Shown: positions 60,961-64,000 of the stretch, piece after piece
Layout: each line of letters starts with the position of its first letter
How positions within the stretch are numbered: position 1 is the stretch's first letter
Origin: an uncultured delta proteobacterium
Lineage (GTDB): Bacteria > Desulfobacterota > Desulfuromonadia > Geobacterales > DSM-12255
Reading direction: 5' to 3'
Length of the DNA stretch: 64,000 nt
Assembly: GCA_963787125.1 (NCBI GenBank)
Contig: CAWBBV010000001.1
Location: forward strand, 128,001-192,000
The notes under the pieces: model-generated
The model's input: only the letters and a program-made list of their open reading frames with translations
Database searches by the model: none
What the model was told of the DNA's origin: nothing
Program-made: the position numbers and the translations under genes

Positions 60961-63174
60961 TTAAAAGTGCACGTTCAGCGCGATATTAAACGAGCGCCCC
61001 ATGCCGGGAACCGGAACTCCCCAGGGGATGCCGTTGGTGGTCATAGACGGACCCTGGCCGACATAGGCCCCACCCAGCGGCAGGGAGTAGAAGCGATTGA
61101 AGACATTTTCGATGCCGAAGTCAAGCCGGGCGTGTTGCCATTCGTAGCTGCTGCGCAGGTTGAGCAGGCTATAGCCGCCGGTCGGGACTTCGTTCCTGAC
61201 GTGCGACACTTCTGTTTTGGCCGCGACGAGTTTCACTTCGGCGGTATTGGTCAGGCCCCCCCGGCGTTGGACTACCGCCAGTTTGGCGTTGAGCGGCATA
61301 ATGTTGTAGAGATTATCGCCCGTGGTCCGGTTCTCGCCCCGGACGTAATTCAGGAGCCCGGTTACGGTGAAACTGCCGAATGTGGCGGTTTCTCCCAGCA
61401 ACATATTCCCTGACAGGTCGAGGCCGTAGAGCTCGGCGGACTGGTTGACATACTGGAGCAGCAGAAAACCGGTCGTGGCGGTTACGTTTGCAGGGCTGCA
61501 CTGGCTGAAGTCGCAGCGGTGTGCATCGATGTAGTCCTGAACATAGGTGTAGTAGCCGGTCGCTTTCAGATCCCAGCGCTTCTTACCGGCATCATGCCAG
61601 TCGCCGCTGACGCTGACGGTGTTGGCTACTTCCGGTTGCAGATCATTGTTGCCGAGATAGCCGTTGCCATCACCGACAAAATTGTTCATCAAGGCTGCCA
61701 TAGCATTCGTTGCCCAGGGGTAGCGCTGGTAAAGATTCGGCGAGCGGGATTTGCGCGCGTAACCTGCCTCGAAAGTCTGCATCGCGCCTGGTGTGTAGCG
61801 CCCCAAAGCGGTCAGATCCCAGTTGTAGTCGGTGCGGTCGTGATCAAGGGCATTGAAGGCGGCCGCATCGTTACCCCAGAGTCCTGCCAGGCTATTATCG
61901 TAGCCCTGCACGGGTCCCGCGTTGGTCCTGACGGTATCGCTGCGCAGACCCAACTGGCTGAGCCACTCTGGATTCCATTGTGCTTCCCATTCGACAAAGG
62001 CATCAATTTTTTCCCGCTGACCGTAGTCGACGTTCCAGAACGGGTTCGGCCCCATTGAGCCGCCGACCGCCGGCCACCAGTCGTAGAGGGTGTAATACTG
62101 GTACTCGGCGCCCAGCCGCAGAGTGTCCCGGTCAGAAAGAATAATATTCCCCTGGAGCAGCGCCCCTTTGGTTTTCCCCTTGGTATCCATCGGCATGCCG
62201 GTTCCGTAGAAGAACCGGTCCGGGCCCATGTCCATTTCGTGTCTGGTGTCCTGATAGTAGCCACGGGCCTCCAGTTCGCCCCATCCATACTGGCCGGTGT
62301 AGCGCAGGCTGTAGAGCGTGTTTTTGTTGTCGGTCATGTCCATACGCTGGTTCGGGAACCCCTCGAAGCCGACCTGCTGCTCGCTCACATTCAGCTGGAG
62401 CACGTGGCCATCGCGGCGCAGCGCCAGGCTGACCGCCCTGTTCTTCGCCCCGTTATAAGCGGAGGACCCAACTTCATCCCCAGAAAGCAGCGGACCGCCT
62501 TCCCGCCCCGGGGCTAAAGGTTTGAAGGACTTTCCGGCAGTGTAATTGTCCGCTTGCGAGCCTGACTCGCTATAGGAGAGATTCAGCCATTGTCCCGCCA
62601 CCGTGGCACCGACATTGTAGCCACGGGCATTGCCATTGCTGCGGTAAAACGTGCCGGCCTGGCCCCTGGTCAGGATATCCTCGCCGGCACGGGCAAACTC
62701 GGGGGGAGTGGACTTCACCTGGATCGTGCCGCCGATGCTGTCGCCGCCGACACTGACCGGCGTGATGCCGGCAAATACCGTGACACTGGCGACCTTTGTC
62801 GGATCGATATAGGAAAGTGCCGAATTCATATGATTGGGACAGGCCGGCATCAACTCCATGCCATCCACCTGGATGCGGATGCGATCATCCGCCAGCCCGT
62901 GAATTGCCGGCAGGCTCGAAATACCCCCGGCGCCGTAGAGGCTCACGCCGGGAATGTCCTGCAAAAGCCGGGCGCTGTCGCTGGTGGTGGACCTCTGTGA
63001 GGCCAGATCTGTTTTGTCAAGAGCGACTGCACCCAGAGACGAGTCCGTGGAGACCTCTTCCGGTGACCCGGAGATGGTAATTTCCGTTAACTCTTCAATC
63101 TTTTCTGCAGCGGCGGCGGAACTGAGCAGAAGGAGCAGTAGAGCGACCGGAATGATGGTTTGCAGCTTCTTCAT
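60961..63174 (-). CDS. TonB-dependent receptor, OprC/NosA-like (probable copper)
   Basis: Plug with CPNHM (CxxxM), HEMDM (HxM), ENVFNR, GRSF, terminal Phe. Confidence 0.85.
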   Translation of the reverse strand: MKKLQTIIPVALLLLLLSSAAAAEKIEELTEITISGSPEEVSTDSSLGAVALDKTDLASQRSTTSDSARLLQDIPGVSLYGAGGISSLPAIHGLADDRIRIQVDGMELMPACPNHMNSALSYIDPTKVASVTVFAGITPVSVGGDSIGGTIQVKSTPPEFARAGEDILTRGQAGTFYRSNGNARGYNVGATVAGQWLNLSYSESGSQADNYTAGKSFKPLAPGREGGPLLSGDEVGSSAYNGAKNRAVSLALRRDGHVLQLNVSEQQVGFEGFPNQRMDMTDNKNTLYSLRYTGQYGWGELEARGYYQDTRHEMDMGPDRFFYGTGMPMDTKGKTKGALLQGNIILSDRDTLRLGAEYQYYTLYDWWPAVGGSMGPNPFWNVDYGQREKIDAFVEWEAQWNPEWLSQLGLRSDTVRTNAGPVQGYDNSLAGLWGNDAAAFNALDHDRTDYNWDLTALGRYTPGAMQTFEAGYARKSRSPNLYQRYPWATNAMAALMNNFVGDGNGYLGNNDLQPEVANTVSVSGDWHDAGKKRWDLKATGYYTYVQDYIDAHRCDFSQCSPANVTATTGFLLLQYVNQSAELYGLDLSGNMLLGETATFGSFTVTGLLNYVRGENRTTGDNLYNIMPLNAKLAVVQRRGGLTNTAEVKLVAAKTEVSHVRNEVPTGGYSLLNLRSSYEWQHARLDFGIENVFNRFYSLPLGGAYVGQGPSMTTNGIPWGVPVPGMGRSFNIALNVHF

Positions 63175-63236
63175 GAAGTGTTTTCCTTATTTAAACGTCG
63201 GCCGGAACAGTCACAAAGCCGGGCTTATGATCCATG

Positions 63237-63968
63237 TCAACGTCCTTGCAGCGTGAAGTTGAATGGCTGGAGGGCAACTGATCGTACCGCAATACCATTC
63301 TGTTTTGCCGGGTTACAGCGCCAGGTTTTTACCGCCTTGATGGCGGCCTCATCAAGGCGGGGAAAGCCTGATTCTTTTTTTATAGCCACTTTAACCACTC
63401 GGCCCAATTCATCCAGTTCAACCTGCATTATCGTCTTACCTTGTTCCCCAAGGCGAAGTGATTGTTTCGGATAGGCCGGCGGCGTTCTTTCCGTGCAGCT
63501 CACGGAAAGTTCACCGTTCAGAAGCACCGGCGGCGCTCCTGCAGATTCTGCCGATACGCCGACCGGCCTGGTAACTGCTGACAAACTCACCGGAGATGGT
63601 GCCGGTTGCAGTCCTGCGCCCGATAATGGCAACGTTGTTGATTCTGCAGATACGGTGACCGGCGTCGGCTTTGTCGATACCAGTGACGCTGCTGTCGTCT
63701 CAACCCTGGGCGCTTCTTGCCTGCCCGGTGCCGGCTTCGTTGCGACGGTCTTCGGCACTTCAGCTCTCGGTGCAACCGGTTGCGGTGGCACAACAGTTGC
63801 CGGTGCCCCCGGATTGATAATACTGACGAACACGGCCAGAGCCTCTGATTGAGGCGGGATGATGCGGTAGTTCCACAGGCCGTACAGTACGACGGCATGC
63901 AGGAATAAAGCAGCGGCAATTGCCACAATTTTGTCCCGTTTAAATTGTCGGTCAACGCCTGGATTCAT
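63237..63968 (-). CDS. tonB: TonB energy transducer
   Basis: TM with LH, Pro-rich spacer, PAYP...GEQG...SGFPRLDEAA. Confidence 0.9.
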   Translation of the reverse strand: MNPGVDRQFKRDKIVAIAAALFLHAVVLYGLWNYRIIPPQSEALAVFVSIINPGAPATVVPPQPVAPRAEVPKTVATKPAPGRQEAPRVETTAASLVSTKPTPVTVSAESTTLPLSGAGLQPAPSPVSLSAVTRPVGVSAESAGAPPVLLNGELSVSCTERTPPAYPKQSLRLGEQGKTIMQVELDELGRVVKVAIKKESGFPRLDEAAIKAVKTWRCNPAKQNGIAVRSVALQPFNFTLQGR

Positions 63969-64000
63969 TATTGCCTTTATTGGGAGTTTACCGGCTGTGC

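Overview
A 64 kb bacterial chromosomal segment, most likely from a Geobacteraceae/Desulfuromonadia member. This is inferred from protein sequences and synteny (larC-pgpA-cinA-recA-pilT-recX-alaS; rplU-rpmA-obgE). Most of it is housekeeping: ribosomal proteins, RNase G, pcnB, uvrC/uvrA, an EfpL-type EF-P paralogue, prfC, recA, alaS, glnS, tRNA-Asn and tRNA-Phe. The accessory parts are: (i) a toxin-antitoxin patch (Phd-VapC, plus HigA with a higB pseudogene split by a ~183 bp MITE-like insert); (ii) several small inverted-repeat elements around 29.4-30.8 kb; (iii) an unannotated 20-codon ORF with its own putative promoter, RBS and terminator; (iv) a type I restriction-modification locus with a half-length HsdS, where three REPIN-like C/G-rich doublet repeats bracket hsdS and a DUF559 nuclease gene; (v) a probable copper-acquisition cluster (TonB, OprC-like receptor, two lipoproteins sharing an uncharacterised Met/Cys-rich domain, two Cys-rich proteins, two NosL-like proteins). 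Family assignments come from motif recognition only; no database searches were run.
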